Shown: positions 18,496 to 29,400 of the stretch, one piece after another
How positions within the stretch are numbered: position 1 is the stretch's first letter
Layout of the letters: the number at the start of each line of letters is the position of its first letter
Origin: Sedimentisphaerales bacterium
Lineage (GTDB): Bacteria; Planctomycetota; Phycisphaerae; Sedimentisphaerales; Anaerobacaceae
Length of the DNA stretch: 64,000 nucleotides
Assembly: GCA_963708075.1 (NCBI GenBank)
Contig: OY970194.1
Location: forward strand, 7,264,001-7,328,000
Direction: 5' to 3'
Translations under genes and position numbers: made by a program
The notes under the pieces: model-generated
Database searches by the model: none
Told to the model about the DNA's origin: nothing
The model's input: the letters and a program-made list of their open reading frames with translations, nothing else

Positions 18496-19245
18496 GTGAA
18501 CACAAGAACTATGCGAGCGTTTACCCTGATCGAGCTTCTTGTCGTCATTGCCATCATCGCGTTATTGATGGCGATATTGATGCCGGCGTTGCAGCGTGCC
18601 AAGGAACAGGCCCGCAGGAGCGCCTGTCAATCGAACATGCGACAGGTTGGAATTGCGATTTCGACGTATCAGTCCGCAACCAATTCCGAATGGCGCAACA
18701 GCAAGGTGTGGTACCACCGCGGCGGGACCGGGGATCATGGATACGACTGGCAGCCGCACTTCACCAAGGATATCATGGAGAATAGCATCCTGGCCGATCG
18801 CAAGATCTTCTTCTGTCCGAGTGTCAGGAATCTGTCTTGTGATCGGAACTATGGCTACGAGTCGATACTCCAGGGAGATTACACACCTTACCCGACTGCC
18901 TACTGGGAGGAGAGTCCGCGTGACCACCCGGCCTTCTGGAGCACGCATATCTGGATTTGGAAGAAAGAGGTGCGCGACGCGGTTACCCTGGTTAACAATG
19001 AATCCAAGGACGCCCTCCTTCTGGACATGTCGCCGGGCGCCTGGATAAAACTGGCGATGTGGAAGAGTGCCTTGGGCGAGGCCGCGAGACAGTTGGGCCT
19101 CAGGCAGACTGTCGAGCACTACAATGTCCTGATGAAGGATATGAGCGTTGCCAACCCTGCCAATCGGGACGCCGAAATCAACCAGTGGCTGTGGGGGACG
19201 GACTTTTGGCCGGGAACAGAAGGAGCATCTGCTCCTGCGATGTGA
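18496..19245 (+). CDS. Prepilin-type N-terminal cleavage/methylation protein (DUF1559-like)
   Basis: [48 protein letters not shown], late [11 protein letters not shown] start after AAAGGA (ATG 18511 is an alternative). Confidence 0.9.
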   Translation: MNTRTMRAFTLIELLVVIAIIALLMAILMPALQRAKEQARRSACQSNMRQVGIAISTYQSATNSEWRNSKVWYHRGGTGDHGYDWQPHFTKDIMENSILADRKIFFCPSVRNLSCDRNYGYESILQGDYTPYPTAYWEESPRDHPAFWSTHIWIWKKEVRDAVTLVNNESKDALLLDMSPGAWIKLAMWKSALGEAARQLGLRQTVEHYNVLMKDMSVANPANRDAEINQWLWGTDFWPGTEGASAPAM

Positions 19246-19332
19246 AGCTCATATATTACCGTGTGCCATCGCACTTATGTCCGTGCAGTCACGATCAGCC
19301 AGACGATGAGAACCTGCGATACTGGAGAATGT

Positions 19333-22280
19333 ATGAGAGCCGGATGGTTGCGGATCAGTGGGATCGTGCTCATCGCATCGGCCGCACTGGGATCGTCTTC
19401 TCCCGCAGACAATTCGCGAGTTCGAGAATCCGCGAGGGAGCTGCCCCTGGTGTATTCGGTGGACGTGGTGGTGGTTGGGGGGTCGTCAGGGGCCGTCGCA
19501 GCGGCCTGCGAGGCGGCCCGTTGCGGCGCACGCGTATTCCTGGCTACGCCTAAGCCCTATCTCGGCGATGATCTCTGTGCGACGTTGCGCCTTTGGGCGG
19601 ACCCAAATGATCGCGCCCGCTCCGCACTTGGGGAGAGGCTCTTTGCAGGGGGTGACCCGCTGCGGCCGATGCATGTGAAGCGTACACTGGATCAGGCCCT
19701 GCTCGATGCCGACGTACCGTTTCTCTATGGCTGTTACGTGACGGACGTGCTTCGGGATGACTCCGGGCAGATCGCAGGCGTGGTCATGGCGAACCGAGCC
19801 GGACGACAAGCGGTTGTGGCCAAGGTGATCGTGGACACGACCGAACGTGCCACGGTGGCCCGGCTGGCCGGCGCCACTGTCCGATCCTCATCGCCGGGCC
19901 CGCATCAGTTCAAACGGGTGGTCATCGGCGGCGAGCCCCGTCAGAGCGAGCGCATGAGCGTCCGCCGGCTGGATCTGGACTGGTTTTCCGATGGCCGGCG
20001 GCACCCAGCGTTCGAATACACCCTGACGCTGCCGGCAGACGGATCGTTCCGGTCGCTCGCTGAGGTTGAGCAACTCGCGCGCGACGCCACGTTTCATCCC
20101 CGGCAACTGGAAGCATCCGACACACTCTTTCACGTACCGCCGGACCGCCTGATGGCCCAGAGTGAATCGACCGGCCCCTGGCCCGGGCCGGAACGGGCAG
20201 ACCTGGCTTCCTTCCGCCCGGCGGGTGTGAAGCACATGTTTCTCCTTGGCGGCTGTGCGGACCTGCCTCGTCCTGCGGCAGAAGCACTCTTGCGACCGGT
20301 GAACCTGATGGCCGTCGGCGCCCGCATCGGCCGGGCAGCCGCCGAAGAGGCGACATCACGTCCGCAGCCGCAAGGCACAAGACTGCCCGGCGATGCACAC
20401 GATGCTGTGACGGCCGGCGATATTCGCGAGATCCTGACGGGGGTCCGCCCGACGCAGACGGGGCTGCCGACAATCCGCAGTGAGGCACGCACGATCCCGG
20501 TACTCGGCGAATATGACGTGGTGGTCGTCGGGGGCGGCACGTCCGGCGCGGCAGCGGGCATTTCCGCCGCCAGACAAGGCGCCCGAACGCTCGTGATTGA
20601 ATACCTGTACAGTCTCGGCGGCGTTGGCACGGCCGGTTTGATCGGCAAGTACTGGAACGGTGTTCGCGAGGGCTTCACCAAACAGGTGGACGAGGGCGTG
20701 GGAAAACTCGGGGCTGCCGTGCATGTCGTTGGTAAAGCGGAGTGGTGGCGGCAGGAATTGCGCCGGTCCGGCGCGGAGATCTGGTCTGGTGCGCTTGGCT
20801 GCGGCGTCTGGCTTGCAGGCGACCGTGTCCGGGGCGTCGTCGTGGCCACGCCGGATGGTCGCGGCATTGTGTCGGCGAAAGTGGTCATTGACGCCACGGG
20901 CAATGCTGATGTAGCCGCGGCGGCAGGCGCGCCCTGCGTCTACACGGGCGGCTCGGATATCTCGCTCCAATTGGCCGGGATGCCGGGCGCAATCCGGGCG
21001 ACTCCTACGTCAACACCTGCTACACCTATGCCGATGACACCGACGTGGTGGACATCTGGCACATGCGCGTGTACGCCAAGGACCGTTTCCGTGCGGCCTA
21101 TGACCTGGGCCAGCTCGTCGATACCCGGGAGCGCCGTCAGATTGCCGGCGACGCCATGCTGACTCCCATCGATCAACATGCCGGAAGGACCTACGCCGAC
21201 ACGATCTCCGTTCATCAAAGCAACTATGACATGTACGGCTTCCCGGTCCATGCGCTGTACCTGCTTAAGGCGCCGCCGAAAGATCAGGTGTTTCGCTGCT
21301 ACCTGCCGTACCGCTGCCTGCTGCCTCGCGGCCTGGATGGTCTGCTTGTGATCGGCATCGGGCTCAGCGCCCATCGCGATGCTATGGCGGCCATACGAAT
21401 GCAGGCGGACATGCAGAATCTCGGCTATGCCGCCGGCGTTGTCGCTGCCCGGGCGGCCAGGGAGGCCGGACCACTGCGCAGCGTGGATCTCAAGGCGGTG
21501 CAAGAGCACCTGATCGAAATGGGCAATCTGCCCGCCGAAGTGCTCACGCATCAGGATTCCTTCCCTTCGCCGGCCGACAAGGTTCGCGAGGCCGTTCACG
21601 GCCCACTCGACGACTACGGTGCTCTGGCCATTGTCCTTGCGCATCCCGAGCAGTCGCTGCCGGGATTGCGTGAGGCATACGCACATGCGGATGACGCCGC
21701 GAAATTACAGTACGCCCGCATCCTGGCTGTGATGGGTGACAGCACGGGGATTGCGACACTGCTCGAAGCCGTGCACAGCCTGTCCTGGGACAAGGGCTCG
21801 GATCTCGCCGCGTTCGGCGACAAGGGCGCCAATTACAGTCGCGTGGACGCTCTGATCATCGCGCTGGGGTATACTCGCGATACACGGGCCCTGCCGGCTG
21901 TTTTGGAGAAGGCCCGCCAGTTGGGACCGGATCAGCCGCTCTCACATGTCCGTGCCCTAGCCATCGCGCTGGAATCGATTGGCGATCCCGCCGCCGCGGA
22001 ACCCCTCGCCGAACTCCTGAAAAGGCCGGGCATGATGGGCCACGCTATCACAACGCTGTCCGAAGCCCGGCGCATCCTCGGCGAAGAACAACAGGGCCAG
22101 GGCCGCACCGCGCAGTCCGTGAACCCTGCCGTCCGTGAGATCGTTCTGGCGCGGGCCCTCTATCGCTGCGGCGACCGGCAAGGCCTCGCCGAGGGTATCC
22201 TGCGCCAATACGTGCAGGATCTGCGTGGCCACTTCGCCCGCCACGCCCAGGCCATCCTCAGCACAGGGGACCCCAAATAG
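19333..22280 (+). CDS. Exported FAD-dependent oxidoreductase (two FAD_oxidored-type domains plus HEAT-like C-terminus), with a 1-nt deletion at about 20985-20988
   Basis: Two Rossmann motifs, DVVVVGGSSGAVAAA and YDVVVVGGGTSG; IDATGNAD; after the shift YVNT, RERRQI.GD, LPYRCLLPRGLDGLLV, RMQADMQNLGYAAG. ORFs 19261-21162 and 21045-22280 join. Confidence 0.85.
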
Positions 22281-22327
22281 CCTCAAATGTAGTGCATTCA
22301 GCCTGGCATGGATGGAGGTCCTATCCG

Positions 22328-22409
22328 CTTGACGGATGCAATAGCCGGTACTGTGGGGACCCCATAGGGGTAGGGGAGGGCTCCCCCGGCTGCCTCCCTG
22401 TACTCTCGC
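22328..22409. repeat. Dispersed structured intergenic repeat, copy B
   Basis: Homologous to 10820-10902, same orientation. Confidence 0.85.
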
Positions 22410-22557
22410 CGCCTGTCTGGACACATCCACCGTGGAGTAGCTCCGTCGCATAGGTGAAAGCCGCGTCCTACGATGGTAGACGCCAGTATGCCACGGCGAT
22501 CTTCTCACCGAACATCTCCTCCAGGGTCTCTTGCGGCAGGAACTGGTCCTTGAGGCT

Positions 22558-22587
22558 TTGCCCGCGAGCATTGGTCTACGGTATAAT
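22558..22587 (+). promoter_or_regulatory. Putative sigma70 promoter of the GH78 gene
   Basis: TTGCCC-18 nt-TATAAT, about 40 nt upstream of ATG 22629. Confidence 0.5.
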
Positions 22588-22628
22588 CCGGTGCGTCGCT
22601 GGAGAAGAACTTGACGAGGGTCATTAGA

Positions 22629-25325
22629 ATGAAAGACACGGTTTTGCCGCACGATGGGACTGGGAACGGTGAGCCCGAGGATAAGGGTGTCAGCCGCCGC
22701 GACTTCTTCAGGAACACCGCCCTTGTTGGGACGGGGATGTGGGTCGCCGGGGCGGAGGCCGGGGCGGGGAGGGAGCCGGACGTGTTCGTGCCTTCCGATC
22801 CGGCCGCGATTGAGAAACACGCCGGCCCACCGATGAAGCTGCCCGATCTGCGGCCTGCACGCTGGCTCTGGTATCCCAGCGAACGATGTCTGGCCAATAC
22901 GATGGTGCTGTTCCGCCGTGAACTCGATTTGCCCGTCAAACCCAAACGGGCCATCGGATGGGTCCTGGGCAGCAGCCGTTACCTCCTTTTCGCCAATGGC
23001 CGCCGCATCCAGTTTGGCCCCGCGCCGTGCGACCCTCGCTTCGAGGAAATCGATCCGATGGACTTGACAGACGTCCTTCAGGCGGGAAGCAACGTCCTCG
23101 GCGCACAGGTGCTCTACTACGGTCATGGCGAGGGGACCTGGCCTGCGGGCAAGCCTGGTTTCCTCTTCTGCCTCGACCTCGAAATGCCTGACGGGACGAA
23201 GCAGCGTGTCGTCTCTGATGGTCAATGGCACGCGCATCTGGCCCGGGCGTGGCGACCGGGGCAGTACAAGCGGTGGTATTTACGCGCGTTCCAGGAGGAG
23301 TTCGACGCGAGGTTGTATCCGCACGGCTGGTCCACGCCGGGATTCGTGCCGAACCGCAACTGGCTCTCGGCCCGCGTGCTCGACGGTCCCGCGGACAAGC
23401 CGTCCATCGCCGCCGGCTACGGCGACTACGCACAAGACATCGGCGCTCCGCAAAGCGGGACGGAACTGCGCCCACGCAGCGTGCCGCTGCTGCTAGAGAC
23501 GCTCGTCCCTGTCAAACAACTGACCGAGCAGTTCCGTGTCGAGTGGCTTCGCCCGGCGGAGGAGTATTTCGAGTGCGTGCCGCCGAACGCCTTCAAGGCC
23601 AAGGCCGCCACAATCGGTAAGGAAGTCGGGCCGGGCGTCTGGCAGGTCGATCTCGATGGGTCGCGAGCTGCGGCGCTGACATTCGAGTTGCAGGAGCAGA
23701 TTGTCGGCTGGCCCTATTTCACCATCGAGGCGCCGGCGGGCACGACGGTTGAGCTGCTGGTGCAGGAGGCGCACGCGCCGGGCGGGCCGCCGCTGCTGAA
23801 CACGCATTTCCACGCCTGGTCACGCTTCATCTGCCGTGAGGGCGTGAACCGGTTCGAGACGTTCGACTTCGAGAGTCTGCGCTGGCTGCAACTTCACATC
23901 CGCAACACCCGGGGTACCGTGACCGTGCGCGACGTGGGCGTGCGTCGCCGCCAGTTTCCATGGCCTCACGAGCCGCATGTGCAATGCTCCGACGCGGCGA
24001 TCCAGCTCGTCCTCGATGCCTCCATCAACACGCTCCGCAACTCCGCACAGGAGACGGTGGTGGATGGAATGGGCCGTGAGCGCCAGCAATACAGCGGCGA
24101 CGGCGGACACCAGCTCCACGCGATCTACTTCGCCTTTGGCGAGACGCGCTTGCCGGGACGTTTTGTGCGCACGTTCAGCCAGGGCATGACGCTGGACGGC
24201 TATTTCCTGGACTGCTGGCCGGCGTACGATCGCCTTGCTCGCCTCGCACAGCGTCAGCTCGGTTTCACCCCGTGGGGTCCGCTGCTCGATCATGGCGTCG
24301 GCTTCAACTTCGACTGTTACTACTTCTACCTGCACACGGGTGACGTGGGGCCATTGGCTGAGGTGTATCCGCGGTTGCTCACGTTCGCCGGCACCCTTCG
24401 CCGTATGCAGGGCCGCGACGGGCTGCTGCCCGTGGAGAACACCGGCGTGCCGGCCGTATGGATGGACCACCAGGCCTATCGTCGGCAACGTCACAAGCAA
24501 TGCGCCTTCAACCTCTACGCGGCGGCCATGCTGGAGAGGGCGCTGCCGGTCCTGGCGGGTGCTTTCGGCGATGACGCCAACGCCCGTGCTGCAGCCCGCT
24601 TCGGCCAGGAGCTGCGCGTCGCCGCAGTGAAGGCATTTTGGAGCGAGGAGCACGAGCTGTTCGTCGTCAACCGACCCTGGCTCGCGGAGGAAAAGGAGAT
24701 GCGTCTCTGTGACCGTTCGACCGCCACCGCGATCTTGTTCGACCAGTGCCCCGACGGCCGCGCCGCTGCATCGCTCAAGGCGCTGGCTGAGGTGCCGAAG
24801 ACGATGGGCGAGTCGTACCCGTGCAATGCCAACTGGCGATATTGGGCGCTGGCCAAGGGCGGGAGGATCGACGTCGTGTTGCAGGCGCTGCGCCAGCGAT
24901 GGGCCACGATGCCGTCGGTGCGTCTGAACAACACGCTCCAGGAGGACTGGACAGCCCAGCCCGACTCCGGCTCACAATGGAGCCATTGTGCGGTGGCGCC
25001 CCTATACTGCTTCTTCATGAACGTGGCCGGCATTCAGCCTCTGGAGCCGGGCTTTCGCCGATGCGAGATCCGCCCGCAATTGGGCGACCTCGAGAACCTC
25101 GACCTCACTGCCCACACCGTGCGCGGACCGATTCAATTCCGCAGCCAGGGTCCGCTCGGCCGGCGAGAGCTCGCTATTACGCTGCCTGCGGACTGTGAAG
25201 GCGAGTTGGTCCTGCCTGCCGGCGAACAGCCGGAGCTGGAGAGACTGGTCAGCCCACAAGATGGCCTGGATCGGTATCGGCTGGCGACGGGTGCAAGCGT
25301 TCGCCTGACGCTTCGCAAGGTGTGA
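22629..25325 (+). CDS. Tat-exported alpha-L-rhamnosidase family protein (GH78-like)
   Basis: SRRDFFRN twin-arginine signal; FRREL..SRYLLFANG..GPAP N-domain; D..RERQQYSGD; TLQEDW..S.SH..APLY..AGIQPLEPGF..I.PQLG. Confidence 0.85.
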   Translation: MKDTVLPHDGTGNGEPEDKGVSRRDFFRNTALVGTGMWVAGAEAGAGREPDVFVPSDPAAIEKHAGPPMKLPDLRPARWLWYPSERCLANTMVLFRRELDLPVKPKRAIGWVLGSSRYLLFANGRRIQFGPAPCDPRFEEIDPMDLTDVLQAGSNVLGAQVLYYGHGEGTWPAGKPGFLFCLDLEMPDGTKQRVVSDGQWHAHLARAWRPGQYKRWYLRAFQEEFDARLYPHGWSTPGFVPNRNWLSARVLDGPADKPSIAAGYGDYAQDIGAPQSGTELRPRSVPLLLETLVPVKQLTEQFRVEWLRPAEEYFECVPPNAFKAKAATIGKEVGPGVWQVDLDGSRAAALTFELQEQIVGWPYFTIEAPAGTTVELLVQEAHAPGGPPLLNTHFHAWSRFICREGVNRFETFDFESLRWLQLHIRNTRGTVTVRDVGVRRRQFPWPHEPHVQCSDAAIQLVLDASINTLRNSAQETVVDGMGRERQQYSGDGGHQLHAIYFAFGETRLPGRFVRTFSQGMTLDGYFLDCWPAYDRLARLAQRQLGFTPWGPLLDHGVGFNFDCYYFYLHTGDVGPLAEVYPRLLTFAGTLRRMQGRDGLLPVENTGVPAVWMDHQAYRRQRHKQCAFNLYAAAMLERALPVLAGAFGDDANARAAARFGQELRVAAVKAFWSEEHELFVVNRPWLAEEKEMRLCDRSTATAILFDQCPDGRAAASLKALAEVPKTMGESYPCNANWRYWALAKGGRIDVVLQALRQRWATMPSVRLNNTLQEDWTAQPDSGSQWSHCAVAPLYCFFMNVAGIQPLEPGFRRCEIRPQLGDLENLDLTAHTVRGPIQFRSQGPLGRRELAITLPADCEGELVLPAGEQPELERLVSPQDGLDRYRLATGASVRLTLRKV

Positions 25326-25478
25326 GGCAATCTTCTGCTGCCGCAGGCCCGCGCCTTAGCCTGGGTCGAACCTGCCCAGCCCCTTGGCCTTTGGCGGTGA
25401 TCAGCGTAGAATAGGTCAACGTGCAGAACGCAGCAAGGCATGCGTTGGACCATAATCTTCGCGATGCAAGAGGACTCA

Positions 25479-26228
25479 GTGAATCACGATTCGCTTGGAG
25501 CCGCCCAGTCCGGTACGGGCGCATCATTCGCCCCTACCCGCTGGACCATGGTGGTTGCCGCCGGGCAGGAGGATTCGCCGGCTGCCCGACAGGCCCTGGA
25601 GTTTCTATGCCAGAGGTATTGGCCTCCCCTCTATCTTTACCTCCGCAGGCAGGGCTATGACAGGTCTCGTGCGGAAGACTTCGTGCAAGGGTTCTTCACC
25701 CATCTGCTGGAAAAGCGGGGGCTGCAAACCGTGAAGCCTCAGAAGTACAAGTTCCGGTCCTTTCTGCTGGCGTCTCTGAAGAATTTCGTGACCGATGAGT
25801 GTCGCCGGGCCCAGACCGAGCGACGCGGTGGCGGCAAGTGCATCCTGCCGCTGGAATTCGAGCAGGCGGAGACCCGCTACTCGCTTGAGCCCGCTGACCG
25901 ATTGTCCGCTGACAAGCTTTTCGACCGATCCTGGGCGCTGACAGTTATCGCCAGAGCGATGGAGATGCTCCGTCGCGAGTACGCCGACGCAGGCAAGGGC
26001 GAGCTTTTCGAGCAGTTGAAGGACCATGTCACGATCGAGCCGCAAGCGGGCTTCTACCGCCAGAGTGCAGATCGCCTGGCCATGAGCGAGGGAGCGGTCA
26101 GAGTGGCAGCGCACCGGCTTCGGCAGCGATTGCGCGAACTGATTCGCGGCGAGATCGCAGAGACGGTGACGACGGCCGAGCAGCTCGAGGAAGAGATACG
26201 AGACCTTTTCGCCGCATTCGAGCGGTGA
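25479..26228 (+). CDS. ECF sigma-70 factor of the kinase-associated type
   Basis: F.PTRWTMV, LCQRYWPPLY.YLRR.G, AEDFVQGFF, FRSFLL, FDRSWA, region 4 LAMSEGAVRVAAHRLRQR. The start is uncertain (25464 or 25479). Confidence 0.9.
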   Translation: MNHDSLGAAQSGTGASFAPTRWTMVVAAGQEDSPAARQALEFLCQRYWPPLYLYLRRQGYDRSRAEDFVQGFFTHLLEKRGLQTVKPQKYKFRSFLLASLKNFVTDECRRAQTERRGGGKCILPLEFEQAETRYSLEPADRLSADKLFDRSWALTVIARAMEMLRREYADAGKGELFEQLKDHVTIEPQAGFYRQSADRLAMSEGAVRVAAHRLRQRLRELIRGEIAETVTTAEQLEEEIRDLFAAFER

Positions 26229-26240
26229 GGCCCAAATGGC

Positions 26241-26270
26241 TTACGATTTACGATTTTCGATGTACGATTT
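26241..26270. repeat. Heptamer tandem repeat
   Basis: TTACGAT TTACGAT TTTCGAT GTACGAT TT. Confidence 0.75.
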
Positions 26271-26282
26271 GCACCTGACGAT

Positions 26283-26376
26283 GGGTGGCAGCGGCAAGCG
26301 CAGCTTGCCGATGGCTCGTGGGATATGCGTCAACACCATCGGCAAGCTCCGAAAACTCCGCTTGCCGCTGCCACCC
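26283..26376. repeat. REP-doublet (REPIN-like) nested inverted repeat
   Basis: GGGTGGCAGCGGCAAGCG/CGCTTGCCGCTGCCACCC (18 bp perfect) enclosing AGCTTGCCGATGG/CCATCGGCAAGCT (13 bp); each arm has its own CGGCAAGC..GCTTGCCG palindrome. Confidence 0.8.
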
Positions 26377-26419
26377 CTGTTTGTCACCTTGACAGGAGCA
26401 GAAAGATCGTGCGGATTCG

Positions 26420-26444
26420 TGTAACGCTCGGACGATTTCTCCGT
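26420..26444 (+). promoter_or_regulatory. Putative ECF-dependent promoter
   Basis: TGTAAC-16 nt-CGT, same motif and spacing as 31196-31220. Confidence 0.55.
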
Positions 26445-26488
26445 ACGTAACAGCGGATTTGATTCCGCCATTGAAGCCGGAGAAGGTC

Positions 26489-29400
26489 ATGAGCCAGGAA
26501 AAGCAGTGTCCGCAATGCGGCGGGGTCCTCCCGAGCGGTACGCCGGAAGGACAGTGCCCCCGGTGCATCCTGCAACTCGTTGCAGCTCCCGAGGCCGGGG
26601 ACGGCGACACCCGTGCGCCTTCGGCCCCGATCGAGGGGCCGGGCACGGTGATCGGGCCCTACAAGCTCCTCGAAAAGATCGGCGAAGGGGGCATGGCGGT
26701 CGTCTACATGGCCGAGCAGGAGAGGCCGCTGCGCCGGCGCGTCGCCCTGAAGATCATCAAGCTCGGCATGGATACCCGCCAGGTTGTGGCCCGCTTCGAC
26801 GCCGAGCGACAGGCCCTGGCCATCATGGACCACCCGAATATTGCCCGGGTGTTCGATGCCGGCGCCACGGAGGCGGGACGTCCCTATTTCGTCATGGAGC
26901 TTGTGCGCGGGGTTTCCATCACCGAGTACTGTGACCGCAACCGGCTGAGCACACAGGAGCGGCTGGAGCTGTTCGTCCCCGTCTGCAACGCCGTGCACCA
27001 CGCTCATCAGAAAGGCATCATCCACCGCGACCTGAAGCCGTCGAATATCATGGTGACCCTGCACGACGGCGTGCCCGTGCCCAAGGTCATCGACTTCGGT
27101 ATCGCCAAGGCCATGAATCAGCGGCTCACGGAGCAGACGATCTTCACGCGCTACGCAGAGATGATCGGAACGCCCGAGTACATGAGCCCGGAGCAGGCGG
27201 AGATGAGCGGGCTGGATATCGACACCCGCACGGACATCTATTCGCTCGGGGTCGTGCTGTACGAATTGCTCACCGGGACACTGCCGTTCGACGCCGAGAC
27301 ACTGCGTTCGGCAGCCTTTACCGAGGTCCAGCGGATCATTCGCGAGCAGGAGCCGCTGCGGCCAAGCACGCGTCTTTCAGCTCTTGGCCCGGAGGCGCAG
27401 CGGATCGCCGAGGCCCGCCACACCGATATCACCGCCCTGGCCAAATCTCTCCAGAAGGAGCTGGAGTGGATTCCGCTCATGGCGATGCGCAAGGACCGGA
27501 CCCGCCGATATCGCTCCGCCTATGAGTTCTCCGATGATATCCGCAACTATCTCGATGGCAGGCCATTGATCGCCGGACCGGAATCGGCCGCATACCGCCT
27601 GCGCAAGCTGCTGCGAAAGCACAGGGTGCCCGTGGCGACGACCGCGGCCATCATGGCCATTCTGCTGATTGGCTTCGTGACCAGCACCTGGCTGTACATT
27701 CGGGTTCAACGGGCACAGCATGCAATGGTGACATTGGAGCGGACTGTGGACGCCGACCGCAAGCTCTCCTCGGCGCAGCGGCTCCAGGCCGAGGGACGCT
27801 ACAAAGAAGCGCTCGACGTCCTGGAGGACTATCTCAAGAACGGACAGGCCGAACCGGCAGCGCGACTGCTGCGCGCGAATCTGCTGTACACGCTCGACCG
27901 GTTTGACGAGGCCCAGACTGAGCTGACCAGCCTGCTTGAGGGCCCGCCGCAGATCGCGGGACCGGCGCACTGCCTGCTGGCGACGATCCATATGGGCAGC
28001 AATCCTGCCAAGGCTCAGTTGCACCAGCAGGCGGGCGAATCGCTCCTGCCGCAGACGGCCGAAGCATACACGCTTCGCGGCATCACAGCCGACGACTCGA
28101 TGGCGACCGCCGCGTGGCTGTTGAAAGCAGTGGAAATGGACCCGGCCTACTACCCGGCGCGAAAGGCGCGAGCCTTGGCGTGTGAGGCTGTAGGGGACTA
28201 CGCGACGATGACAACCGATGCCGAGGCCATGATCGTCATGAGGCCGAAAGACGCACTGGGATATGCGCTGCGAGCGATCACCCGGCGGGAAGCGGGACAA
28301 TATGATGCCGCCATGGAGGACCACAATCGTGCGATCTCGCTGTGTGACAGTCAGGCCGAACTGCTTGAACTCCATGACCAGCGTCGCAGGACTCTGACGC
28401 AGATGCGGGAGTACCAGGCCGCACTGCAGGATGCCCGGTACTGCGCCACATTGAGGCCGAACGACCTCCGCAACGGATTCGAGCTACTGGCAACCCTGGT
28501 CCTGGCAGGCGATTATCCCGGGGCAAAGGAGCAGCACGCCCAGCTTGTCCGCCAGCCCCGGTATAGCTTCTACAAGCTATGGATTTACCGATACACTTTC
28601 CGACTGCTCATCGCGGGGCATTCGCTGGAGCTGCCCAAGGACATCATTGGCGACGAGCCGTTCTCCCTGATGCAGAAGGCCACCGATCAATACCGCGTGT
28701 GTCAGACTCTGGGGACGTGCCTGGTTCCATCGGCATTTGGGGTGCCCGGGTGGTCTCCCGACGGTAAGGAACTGGCCTACGGCAGGATCGATCTGTATGG
28801 TCTGCGCAGCGGGTCTCCCACCTCCGGGGCGCCGCTGGTTTATGAGCCCGGAAGGCTCGAAGTCCTGGACATCGAGACGGGCCGGGTGCGAGTCCTGGCC
28901 ACCTCCGGCAAGACCTGTGCCTGGTCGCCGGATGGCCGGTGGATTGCGTTCGATCGTGTCCCGAACCGCGGACCGGCCGGCTGCGCTTCTGAGCTGTGGG
29001 TCGTTTCTGCGACCGGTGGGCAGCCTCGCTATCTGGCGCGTGGGGACTGGCCCAACTGGGTGGGTCGGACGGGGCAACTGTTCTATCACTCCGGTGGTTG
29101 CGCCTACTCTCTCAACGTTGATGATCCTCTCGACAAGCCGGAGTCGATTCTTGCTTGTGATCCCTACTTTGCCGTGTCGCCCGATGGCAAGTATCTGGCG
29201 CATTCGGAGGCGGACAGACTTTCTGTCGTGGAGATCTCCAGTGGCCAGGTGAAGGCCAGGTGGACGGCGCCTCCACCGGACGGGCAGCACGGCATGGCGC
29301 TGAGGTGGACGCCGAACGGAAGAGAAGTCCTTGCGGGCGGGCTGCATCAAGGGGAGATGGGGCTCTGGAGCTTCGATGTCGAGCGGGAGAAGGCCTGGCA

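Noticed and set aside
20980..20990. Programmed frameshift in the FAD oxidoreductase
   Set aside because: No slippery heptamer; a one-base loss in a G run is more simply a sequencing error.
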